Origin: an uncultured Verrucomicrobiae bacterium
GTDB taxonomy: Bacteria; Verrucomicrobiota; Verrucomicrobiia; Chthoniobacterales; JAFAMB01
DNA length: 64,000 bases
Direction: 5' to 3'
Assembly: GCA_963813025.1 (NCBI GenBank)
Contig: CAWEXO010000004.1
Coordinates: forward strand, 96,001 to 160,000
A model generated the notes under the pieces. The model had not been told where the DNA came from. It saw nothing but the letters and a program-made list of their open reading frames with translations, and ran no database searches. This document shows positions 1-9,053 of this stretch, piece by piece (position 1 is the first letter of the stretch; each line of letters starts with the position of its first letter). A program made the position numbers and the translations under genes.

Positions 1-1732
1 GCACTTCAGGCAGTTTACGAACATCATAAATTTTTCCCCAATCGCCTTGGGCGACCACCGGACAAACGTCTTCCCAAGGCTGAGTGGAATCGGGGTAATA
101 CATCTGCTCAAAACGTCCCCAGAAAATATAATCGACATTCAGCTTTTGACACAGAGCCGGCCACGCCGGATCGCCGCGCAGCAAACGGGTCAAGTCGACT
201 TCGTAAGGTCGATAGACCAGACCGTGACTCCACAGATGTCCAGGAAATCCCAACACGACACGGTGCCCGGCGATCAGGAGCGGATGGTTATAAGTCGGAT
301 AAACGGCAAACACGGCGCTCGGTGGAAACTTTGCCGTCGTGGCCGCCACCTCTTGCCACTCGCGCAGGTCGCCGATCGTATAGCCCTCTTTGGTATGAAT
401 CGGGACCAGGCCGCCCGCCAGGCTGATTGCACCCGAAAAGAAAAGCAAGAAGAGGACCGGCGCCCGGGCAAGCCAGGGCCACCGGGAAAAAAAGGCTTTC
501 CACAGACCGAACATCAAGACGAGGTAGGCCCACAAAAGCAATTTGGTATTGTCCCAGGCCCACGGAGCGAACCGGATAAACGCGCACGCCAGGAAAACCA
601 CGGCCGCCGGAAAACAGAAAAGCCGTAGGGTCTGCCGGCGAGCACGTTCCATCGCCAACGCCGGAAAACAGAGGTAAACCAGCAACGCCAAAACAAGCGG
701 CAAAAAGAAGCCAAAATTCTGGAGCCAGAAAAACCAAGCGGTTTGGTCGGGTGGCTGCAACCAACCCAGTTGCCAGCCGACCGCGTTTGTTCTTTCAAAT
801 CCGGTCACAAAATAGACCAGGATGGAGGCGGGCACGAACGAGGCACCAACCAACTGTAGGAGATGCCGACGCCAGTTTGGATTTCCAAACACAAACCACC
901 AGAGGAGAAGAAAAGAGAGGAAGAGAAAGGTGTGCAGATGGAACAGCGGCATCGAGGCGTACAAAAGCCACTCAGCCCAGAAAGGAAGAACTGGCTCGTC
1001 GGATCGTTCAAACAGTTTGCGGTACCAGTGCACCAGCAGGAGTAGACCTGCCGGGATGGCAAACAACAAACCGCGTTGGGTCACAAAGAGCGCCAACGGT
1101 ATTGATTTCCAGGCGAGATTCGCTTGATAGTCGACGAGTTGCCAACTCTGAAAGACGGCGAAACCGGCCAAACCGCCGTTAAACAAGAAGGCCGCGACGC
1201 CAAAGGGTCCGTTGAACAAAAAAAGCGCACGCAAGGTCAGGAGCGCGCCAGCAAACGCGCACAGAATGATCCCGAGTTTCGGCTCGATTCCGACCAGTTT
1301 GAGTAGGGCATTGAATAGATTTAACCCAAAAGGGTAGTGCAGACGGTCGAAAGCGTAGATCGGATTTTCGGGCCAAAAGCGAGGTCCGTGGGCGAAGTAG
1401 TTGATATGGGTGAGATGCAGACAAATGTCGCCGAGATTGTTGGGTGAGAGCACCTTGACGAGACCGTCCTGGACAAAAATCACGCGGTAAAACGCGCGCA
1501 CGGAAAACAAAATAAAGGCCGCGGCCATGAGGACATGGATCGAAGAAATGTTCAGCTGAGAAAGGCGAGGGGGCTCCTTTCGGAGAAAAGTGGCCAGAGC
1601 CGCCACGAGCAGACCCAGAGAAAGACTCAGGCCGGCTGTCAAAGGCGTCAGGCCTAGCGGGGTGAAACCAAAGACTAAGCCCAGGAGCGTCGCTAGCGCG
1701 ACCCAGGCAAGAGAACACAGAGAAATTTTCAT
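1..1732 (-). CDS. Polytopic membrane protein, GT-C-like (runs off window start; heavily frameshifted)
   Basis: Stitched frames give MKISLCSLAWVALATLLG...SPNNLGDICLHLTHINYFAHGPRFWPENPIYAFDRLHYPFGLNLFNALL and further hydrophobic segments. Confidence 0.5.
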   Translation of the reverse strand, partial: MKISLCSLAWVALATLLGLVFGFTPLGLTPLTAGLSLSLGLLVAALATFLRKEPPRLSQLNISSIHVLMAAAFILFSVRAFYRVIFVQDGLVKVLSPNNLGDICLHLTHINYFAHGPRFWPENPIYAFDRLHYPFGLNLFNALLKLVGIEPKLGIILCAFAGALLTLRALFLFNGPFGVAAFLFNGGLAGFAVFQSWQLVDYQANLAWKSIPLALFVTQRGLLFAIPAGLLLLVHWYRKLFERSDEPVLPFWAEWLLYASMPLFHLHTFLFLSFLLLWWFVFGNPNWRRHLLQLVGASFVPASILVYFVTGFERTNAVGWQLGWLQPPDQTAWFFWLQNFGFFLPLVLALLVYLCFPALAMERARRQTLRLFCFPAAVVFLACAFIRFAPWAWDNTKLLLWAYLVLMFGLWKAFFSRWPWLARAPVLFLLFFSGAISLAGGLVPIHTKEGYTIGDLREWQEVAATTAKFPPSAVFAVYPTYNHPLLIAGHRVVLGFPGHLWSHGLVYRPYEVDLTRLLRGDPAWPALCQKLNVDYIFWGRFEQMYYPDSTQPWEDVCPVVAQGDWGKIYDVRKLPEV

Positions 1733-3323
1733 TGGGGAACTGGCAGCCGGACGGAAGTCGGGTTCTTGGTCCGGGAAAATGTCTTTAAACGTGGAGTAGC
1801 GGTAATAGCCACGACATTCGCCCATGCCGTCTCGCAGCCGGAAATTTACGGTGAAATAGCGGGTACCTCAGCTTGGACTCAAGAGTCGCCGCGCTGGTTT
1901 CTTCTACCGCGATAAAGTCGGCGTTCGGATCCGTCGGGCCAGCGGTCGTCACTGTTGTAATAGCCAACATTGACGAAATCGCCCAGCACCCATGGGATAG
2001 GAAAATAACTCGATAGTAAAATCAAGCCATGCACTCGCGAAGTCGCGCTCTGGATCGCGCTCCGCCAACGCGAGGATCGGGTTTGTAAACCTTTCGTAGT
2101 CACGAAAGGTCTGTACGTAAACGTACGGTTCTTTCGGGTTATCAAACCGCAGAAAGTTGACTTGATACGAGCGCCAACCGTCGTGGGCAAGCAAGCCGGC
2201 GGCAACGAAGCCGCCAGCCAGCGGGTTTACTCGTGTGCGAACGAAATCGACAAGGTCGGCACCGATGAGTAGGTAGGGCCAGGCGATCGAGATGATACAC
2301 CACGGAGTCTTATACGGAATGATACTGTAGACCAGCAGCGCGCCGGCTGCGTAAATCGCAAGGTAACGGAGCACAGCATGCCCGCCGAAAACGTACCGCA
2401 CACTGAAGAACTAGCCCACCGAGACAGAACCATTCGTATACCGTCAAAAGTTTTACCCAGTACCAGTTAAGCCGGAGAGCAGCCAAATGGGAGAGTGGTC
2501 CGTGACTTGTCAGGAAATGGGGTAGCAGCGGCACCAGGTCATAATCCGGTTTGCCGTGACCGGCCGATTCCAAGCCGGTTTTGGCCCAGGGAGTGAAGGT
2601 CTGGAACAAGCCTTTCAGCCCGGACCAGTGCAGAAAATTCCCGGAATAGAAAAACACCAGGAGCAATATACCGATGCCTGAGGCGATCCACAGATGAGCG
2701 GTGAGAAGCGGCTGAGGAGTTCGTGGGAGCCAACCGGTGGATGGGCGGATCTTGTTAAGATACCAAAAAGTCGGCACCGCGGCGGCGAAGGCGAGGAAAT
2801 GGAGCAAATAAGTCTCTTTGGTCAGAATTGCTCCGGTGATGCCGAGCACCAACGCCCAAGCTGAACGCTTTCTCGGAGCGGAGTAGAGGTCCAGCGCTGC
2901 CCAGAGTATCGTGAGCAGGAAAAAAACCAGCCAGCTTTCGTGAATGGAATAACGGTTATAGAAGAGAAATCCGGGAGAGACCGCCATCGCCAAGGCAGCC
3001 AGATAAGCAATATGCGCGCCGACAAAACGGCGGAACCCCGTCAGGAGCCAGACCGTCGCGATACCAACCAGAACAACCGGCAGCCGCAGCGCCCAGAGGT
3101 TTCGACCGAGCAAATGCAGCGAAACAAACAGAACATAAAAATGAAGAGGTCCGTGATAGTTGCTGGGATCATAGGCATAGAACCCATTCTTGGACATCTG
3201 GTCGCAGAACCAACCATTGATGCCCTCGTCGAAATGAGGCGGTTTAAGATCGAGAAAGGCCAGACGCAACGCCGCGGCAAGCACCACGATAGCGACCGGT
3301 ATTACAGTTTGTCGTTTGCCCAT
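1729..3323 (-). CDS. TIGR03663/ArnT-PMT (GT39-like) membrane glycosyltransferase, frameshifted
   Basis: LRLAFLDLKPPHFDEGING...YHGPLHFY...LRLPVVL; continues in ORFs 1949-2401 (YKTPW) and 1879-2205 (PYVYVQT region, PIPWVL). Confidence 0.75.
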
Positions 3324-3664
3324 GAAAAAAGAATCACCTTGGCGGGAAAGGACTAGCGAGGCCGCGCCTCAGACCGACGAGTTTTTGCCGGAAAAAGGAG
3401 GCCTGGAGCCAAACCCCTTGTCTGGCGGCCTCGCTGTACAGAGTCCTGGAAAGGTGAAGAAAAGAATAAGCTGAGAAAAGTCCTTGAAAAACAGCCAACT
3501 GACCCCGCGGCGACGTCATCGTTATATATGAGACGGCGCACTAGCTACTCACGGCGTCTGAAGTGCCCGGTAGAAGCTCGTCGAATTTGTGCGCACCAGT
3601 CAGTTGTGGCATGGGTTGTGTCCGATTGGCTCCAACCGGCGCAGTTATATATGCGATCTCATTC

Positions 3665-4456
3665 ATGATGTCCAAACAGATTCGACCTCACCTTTCCCTG
3701 ATTATTCCTGCCTATAATGAGGCGCATCGTTTGCCGGCAACATTGCAGGAACTGATTCGCCATCGCCAGTTCTGGTCCTTCAATTTCGAGATTCTGGTGG
3801 TAGTTGAACCGAGTACTGATGGAACGCTCGAATGTGCCGAAAAAGGACGGTGTGCCTTTCCGGAATTGCGAATCATTGCTAACCAGGTACACCGCGGTAA
3901 GGGATACGCAGTGCGAACCGGTATGCTCGCTGCGCTGGGAGAGATTGTTGCCTTTACGGATGCTGATCTCAGCACTCCTCTCGTGGATCTCGATCGAGCG
4001 ATCACGCTTTTCCACGAACGGCCGGAGATCGACGTGATTGTGGGGAATCGACAACACCCGGATAGCCAGATTTTATTGCATCAGAGCATCCTGCGTGAGC
4101 TGCTGGGGAAGACCTTTAATCGGTTTGTCCAGTTGCTCTCTGGCTTGCGAATCAAGGATACGCAGTGCGGTTTTAAAGGGTTTCGGGCGGATGCGGCACA
4201 GGAAATCTTTCGGCATCAAAAGATTGATGGCTTTGCGTTCGATGTCGAGGTGCTGCTGCTGGCTCAGGCCCTGGATTTGCAAATTCTCGAGATGCCGGTG
4301 CACTGGTCCAATTCACCGGACTCGAAGGTGCATGTGGTCAACGATAGTCTTCGCATGCTCCGCGAAATCCTGGTGATGCGACGAAAGGTCCGCGCGCGGA
4401 TAGCGAAAACCGTGAACAGCGTGAGTGAAGAGGCTGCCGCGAAAACATCAACCTAG
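3665..4456 (+). CDS. GT2 polyprenol-phosphate hexosyltransferase (DPG/DPM synthase-like)
   Basis: IIPAYNEA, GKGYAVRTG, FTDADLS, DTQCGFKGF, FAFDVE motifs. Confidence 0.9.
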   Translation: MMSKQIRPHLSLIIPAYNEAHRLPATLQELIRHRQFWSFNFEILVVVEPSTDGTLECAEKGRCAFPELRIIANQVHRGKGYAVRTGMLAALGEIVAFTDADLSTPLVDLDRAITLFHERPEIDVIVGNRQHPDSQILLHQSILRELLGKTFNRFVQLLSGLRIKDTQCGFKGFRADAAQEIFRHQKIDGFAFDVEVLLLAQALDLQILEMPVHWSNSPDSKVHVVNDSLRMLREILVMRRKVRARIAKTVNSVSEEAAAKTST

Positions 4457-4506
4457 CTTACGCCGCGCGTTTTGCTTTTTGTGGCGAGTGATGTCACGGT
4501 TTCAGC

Positions 4507-5055
4507 GTGAGTCTGACCAAAACGCTGGATCCAAATATCTCGATGTCTGAGCTGCTGGCCGAATATCCCGGCGCCCAAAGAGCTCTTTTCCGTGCCTATC
4601 ATATCGGCGGTTGCGCGAGTTGCGGTTTTCAGCCGAACGAGACTTTGGCCGAGGTTTGCCAAAGGAACGACAATCTTCCGGTGAATGAAGTCATCGCCAC
4701 AATTTTAGACGCGCAAGAAGCCGACCGGCAGCTCCAGGTTGCACCAGCAGCAGTAGCTGATCGTCTGAGTCGCGGTGAGCCCCTTCGCTTGATCGATGTG
4801 CGGAGCCGGGAAGAATGGGATGCCGTTCACATACCGGATTCGACCTTTCTCAGCCAGGAACTAATGCAAGAGATGATCACCAGCTGGCCGAAAGACCAGG
4901 AATTGGTTTTTGTTTGTCATCACGGTGTGCGAAGCCTTGACGCCGCGGCCTACTTCCGAGGTCACGGCTTTACGAATGCTCGCTCTCTTTCCGGCGGAAT
5001 TGATCAATGGAGCGTAGAGGTTGATCAAAAGCTTCCTCGCTACGATATTGAATGA
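4507..5055 (+). CDS. Rhodanese-domain protein with N-terminal CxxC domain
   Basis: HIGGCASCGF; IDVRSREEW, VCHHGVRS, SLSGGIDQW. Confidence 0.85.
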   Translation: MSLTKTLDPNISMSELLAEYPGAQRALFRAYHIGGCASCGFQPNETLAEVCQRNDNLPVNEVIATILDAQEADRQLQVAPAAVADRLSRGEPLRLIDVRSREEWDAVHIPDSTFLSQELMQEMITSWPKDQELVFVCHHGVRSLDAAAYFRGHGFTNARSLSGGIDQWSVEVDQKLPRYDIE

Positions 5056-5058
5056 TTG

Positions 5059-5535
5059 ATGACTGACGATTTTGCTAAACGTGTCGAGACCGCTTTAAAG
5101 AGCCCAAAAAACCTGGGCGAGCTGGCTGACGCTGACGCTGTTGGGACGGTCGGCAACGCCGATTGCGGTGATATGCTGAGGATGTGGGTAAAATTTCGCG
5201 AGGAGAATGGCCAACGCGTCATCGATAAGGCGACGTTCCAGACCTTCGGCTGCGAGACGGCGATCGCTGTGGCAAGCTTGGCAACTGAAATGATTGCCGG
5301 TAAGACGATAGACGAGGCTCTGACAATGTCCGGTCGGGACCTGGCCGCCCCACTGGGACCACTGCCTCCCGTGAAAATCCATTGTGCGCAGATGGTCGAA
5401 AGCGCGCTCCGTTCCGCTTTGGCTCCGGACGACAAAGAGCGCCCCACCTCAGCTCACACCGTCGCGCCGACTCTGCTTGAGCAATTTAAGGGAGAGAATT
5501 CCCTCAGGATCGAAAATAGTCTTGAAAACTCCTGA
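5059..5535 (+). CDS. IscU/NifU-like Fe-S scaffold
   Basis: GNADCGDML, TFGCETAIA, KIHCAQM (three conserved Cys). Confidence 0.9.
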   Translation: MTDDFAKRVETALKSPKNLGELADADAVGTVGNADCGDMLRMWVKFREENGQRVIDKATFQTFGCETAIAVASLATEMIAGKTIDEALTMSGRDLAAPLGPLPPVKIHCAQMVESALRSALAPDDKERPTSAHTVAPTLLEQFKGENSLRIENSLENS

Positions 5536-6083
5536 TGAACGAACAAACGGAAATTGAGCTTAAACGGGATTGCGAAGCGATCCAGATCCCCGCTGGTTTG
5601 AAAACGACAATTCCAGCAGGCACTAGGATTATTATTACCCAAAGTCTCGGCGGAAGTTATACCATTGCCTGCGATTACGGCTTGTTTCGCATCAACGAAG
5701 AGCATGCGGATGCCTTAGGTTTGGAGGCGCGAAGTTTCGAAGGTAAAAAGGAGCGAGAGCACCGAAGAGGTTGACGAAGACGAGGTTTGGGAGCAACTCC
5801 GTACGGTTTACGATCCGGAAATTCCGGTAAACATCGTTGACCTAGGGCTGGTGTACGATTGTCAGGTCACCAAAGCGGAAGACGCGAGTACCCGGGTCGA
5901 CGTCAAGATGACCTTGACTGCTCCGGGCTGCGGGATGGGTCCAGCGATCGCGCAAGATGCTCGCGTCGAAGATTTTAACGATACCCGGAGTTGATGAAGC
6001 ACAAGTCGAGCTCGTCTGGGACCCGCCCTGGAACCAGCACATGATCAGCGAAGCCGGGAAAGATGAAACTCGGCTTTGTGTGA
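5535..6083 (+). CDS. sufT: Fe-S cluster assembly protein SufT (DUF59), frameshifted
   Basis: [11 protein letters not shown]...QSLGGSYT, then [37 protein letters not shown] in shifted frames. Confidence 0.85.
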
Positions 6084-6215
6084 TTAACAACTTCGATGAA
6101 TGATGAACCGATGAACTGAAAAAAGAGGTCTTTGTCATTGCGTTTGCCGGTTTCAGCTCGGCGACTTTCCATTGACGATTTCAGCGGTATCTTGTGCGTT
6201 CCAACGGAAACATTT

Positions 6216-6371
6216 ATGTCACAACATCGGAGTTTGAAAGGGGCGAGTACCATTCAGACAAAGCGTAACGTGCTAAAACGCTTTGAACGGGTGGAGCTGC
6301 TGAAGAAACGGGGACAATTCAAATCGGGCGACAAAGTGATCGGCTTGCCGAAAACCAAGCCTGATGCCTGA
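6216..6371 (+). CDS. Small basic protein (TIGR04137-type PVC signature protein)
   Basis: MSQHRSLKGASTIQTKRNVLKRFERVELLKKRGQFKSGDKVIGLPKTKPDA. Confidence 0.85.
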   Translation: MSQHRSLKGASTIQTKRNVLKRFERVELLKKRGQFKSGDKVIGLPKTKPDA

Positions 6372-6443
6372 TCGGGTGACTTTTCGTAACTTGACTACCG
6401 GTGCGCCACATCCGGGCCGGCGCCAGGACTCGCAATTGCACGT

Positions 6444-7195
6444 GTGCGACTGAACCGTTTTCTCGCACTCGCCGGGTTGGGGTCACGCAGGTCAACCGAA
6501 GCGCTGATTCGGGAAGGTCGCGTGTCGGTAAATGGACGGTTGTGTGAGAACCTCGGCACAAATGTCGCCGAAACTGACCAGGTAAAGGTTGATGGGCGAG
6601 CGTTCGCCGGAAACCTTCTCCTACATCCTTTTTTACAAGCCGCGCGGTTACGAAGTGACCCGCGGCAAGACGGGCATCAGGAAACACGATTTATCGTCTT
6701 TTACCCCGAACGTTACACCATTTGGCCCACGTTGGCCGCCTGGACGTTGACTCCGAAGGATTGCTGCTCTTGACCAATGATGGCGAACTCACGCAACGGA
6801 TCTCGCATCCGCGATTCAAACTCGAGAAAGAATATCTCGTAAAGCTAGATCGGCCATTTGATCCTGCCGATCTTTCGCGCGTGCTTCGCGGCGTTTACCT
6901 TTCCGAAGGCCGCGCTCGCTTTGAGAAAGTCGTCAATCGCGGAGGCAAGGTGGTTGGGGTGATCCTTACCCAGGGTAGGAATCGCCAAATTCGTCGCGTA
7001 TTTGCCTCTTTGAATTATAAAGTCAGGGAACTCGCCAGAGTGCGGATCGGACCCCTGACTCGATCTGGGCTCAAGCCCGGCCATTTTCGGAAATTGAAAT
7101 CAGAGGAGATCCGCCTTTTGAAAAACTTTCGTCCGGCAAGCACTGATATCACGGGCTCTGCCCGGCGGAGGCGCGCGCGTCAGCCAGCTCATTGA
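6444..7195 (+). CDS. rluB: rRNA pseudouridine synthase RluB/RsuA family, frameshifted
   Basis: S4 domain MRLNRFLALAGLGSRR; VGRLDVDSEGLLLLTNDG; QGRNRQIRR. Confidence 0.85.
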
Positions 7196-8081
7196 AGAAA
7201 TCGGCCGCCAGAGGGAAAGCGCTCGCCGGATCGACTGCCTGGTATCCTTGAGAACGAAACCAGGTGAACTGACGACGAGCGTACTGCCGTGTTTGCGCGC
7301 AAATATTTTCGTGGCAGGCGTCAAACGAAAGTTTTCCGCAGAGATATTCCCCGATGAATCGAAAACCGATCATCCGAGCCGCGCCGGTGCGCAAGCCTGA
7401 GTGGTCGGCCGCCTCCTCGACGGCTCCCTGGGCTAACATTTGGCTTACCCGCTCCTTGATGCGTTCATCCAGCGCCCAACGGGGCCGGTCAAGGAATACG
7501 GCTTTCCACCGGTTGCCGGAGCTGGATCGCCGGAAACTGGAGAAGCGCTTTCCGGTCAAAAGACACACCTCGAGCGCTCGGACGATCCGGCGCGGATTAC
7601 TTCGGTCGATATTGGCAAGAGAGTCCGGATCGAGGATTTGCAGCTCCGCGAGCAGGGAGGCCAGCGGCCGTCGGGCTAACCGTTCCCGCAACGCCGAGTC
7701 AGCCGGGGGGAGCACGGGCAGCGAGTGGGTGAGTGCCTGAAGATAAAAGCCGGCGCCTCCGACAACCAGCGGAACGATGCCTGCTCGATTTAGATCGCGA
7801 ATCTTGCTGCCAGCGAGTCGGGCAAAACGGAATGCGTCGAAATTGTCCGCGGCCTCGACAAAACTGAGCAGGTGGTGGGGAACAGTCGCGAGTTCCTCCA
7901 AAGCCGGCTTGGCCGCGAGCACATCAAAGCCCTTGTACATTTGGAAAACATCGGCGTTCAGAATCTCGGTGTGGCAGGCCTGTGCCAGGCTTACGGCAAA
8001 GGCTGATTTTCCGACGACCGTCGGTCCGGCAATAATCACGAATCGGAGATCGGCAAGTGGTATTTCGGAGACTGTTGTCAT
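7149..8081 (-). CDS. miaA: tRNA dimethylallyltransferase
   Basis: IAGPTVVGKS, VPHHLL, VGGAGFY, RRIVRALEV, TRQYARRQFTWF. Confidence 0.95.
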   Translation of the reverse strand: MTTVSEIPLADLRFVIIAGPTVVGKSAFAVSLAQACHTEILNADVFQMYKGFDVLAAKPALEELATVPHHLLSFVEAADNFDAFRFARLAGSKIRDLNRAGIVPLVVGGAGFYLQALTHSLPVLPPADSALRERLARRPLASLLAELQILDPDSLANIDRSNPRRIVRALEVCLLTGKRFSSFRRSSSGNRWKAVFLDRPRWALDERIKERVSQMLAQGAVEEAADHSGLRTGAARMIGFRFIGEYLCGKLSFDACHENICAQTRQYARRQFTWFRSQGYQAVDPASAFPLAADFFNELADARASAGQSP

Positions 8082-8084
8082 ACG

Positions 8085-8123
8085 AAAACAAAAACCCGCA
8101 CTCAACTTGTGAGCGCGGGTTTT
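8085..8123 (-). terminator. Intrinsic terminator after the RRM gene
   Basis: Minus strand AAAACCCGCGCTCA-CAAGT-TGAGTGCGGGTTTTTGTTTT: hairpin plus U-tract. Confidence 0.75.
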
Positions 8124-8144
8124 GAAACCTTCGGAACGAACTTG

Positions 8145-8651
8145 CTACGCCGCTCGTTCCATATCAGGCGTCTTCGCGCCGCTGACGACCAGCTTTCGGC
8201 CGAGAAACTCCTTATCATGGAGTTCCTCAACCGCACGACGCGCCTCGTCGATGGTTGTCATCTGGACGAAGGCAAAACCTTTCGAGCGTTGGGTATACTT
8301 ATGAGAGACGATCTCCGCATTCCGAACTTGACCGACGCCTTTAAATAGCTCGAACAGGTCGCTCTCGGTAGCGTCGAAGGAGAGATTGCCCACATAAAGC
8401 TTCGGCGAAGTTACCTCAATGAGTTCAGGCTTACGGCTGATCCTCTCTTTCGGCGCGGCTTTTGGAACCGGCTTTTCAGCCGATTTGACCGGCACAGATG
8501 GTTGCGAGCCCCGGAAAAAGACCAGGATTCGCTGCCAAAAAGTCGGCTTTGGCTTCGGGGAAGCAACGGGGCTGCTGGCTGCGTAGCTTGAACGTTTGCG
8601 GCGACCTCGGCGAGATCGTCGTCCTTGATAGTGCATAGATTGGGATTTCAT
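8145..8651 (-). CDS. RRM RNA-binding protein with Arg-rich N-terminal extension
   Basis: RNP2 LYVGNL and RNP1 KGFAFVQM. Confidence 0.9.
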   Translation of the reverse strand: MKSQSMHYQGRRSRRGRRKRSSYAASSPVASPKPKPTFWQRILVFFRGSQPSVPVKSAEKPVPKAAPKERISRKPELIEVTSPKLYVGNLSFDATESDLFELFKGVGQVRNAEIVSHKYTQRSKGFAFVQMTTIDEARRAVEELHDKEFLGRKLVVSGAKTPDMERAA

Positions 8652-8737
8652 TTCATAACTGGATTCTGAAGTTCATCAGGCGAAGGCATGCACTTTGCAT
8701 ACTGAGAAAGAACAGTTTGGGCGGAACTTAGCCCCTA

Positions 8738-8904
8738 AAACCCAAGGCCTTCACCGCAACATCCAGGAGCATCGGGCGGCTGTGGAAGGTGAGCACCCGG
8801 ACTTGGAACCATTCCGCCCCAGACAAGTCTGTCTGCGGAAGGTCTAGCCCGACTTTGTGCGCCAGCGCCCAAACAGATTCTAGGCCCACGACAACCCCAA
8901 GCCC
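8738..8904 (-). ncRNA. Candidate ~170-nt rod-shaped structured RNA (6S-like or RRM 5' leader)
   Basis: Hand-folded nested helices around 8812-8840; many G-U pairs that work only on the minus strand. Confidence 0.4.
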
Positions 8905-9053
8905 GGCATCTCCCGTGTTACAACATCTATATAATAGAAGGAACCTCGTCGGGCAACTGTTTTGCGCGTGCACTGGATTGGCAGGGGGAGCGCCAGTACT
9001 AGTGTCAGTTGGGACCCATCAGGTCCCTCCGGCATCTCTGAAGCGGAGAAAGG

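Noticed and set aside
47..1182. Plus-strand Arg/Lys-rich ORFs (and similar antisense ORFs across the window)
   Set aside because: They are shadows of real genes on the opposite strand.
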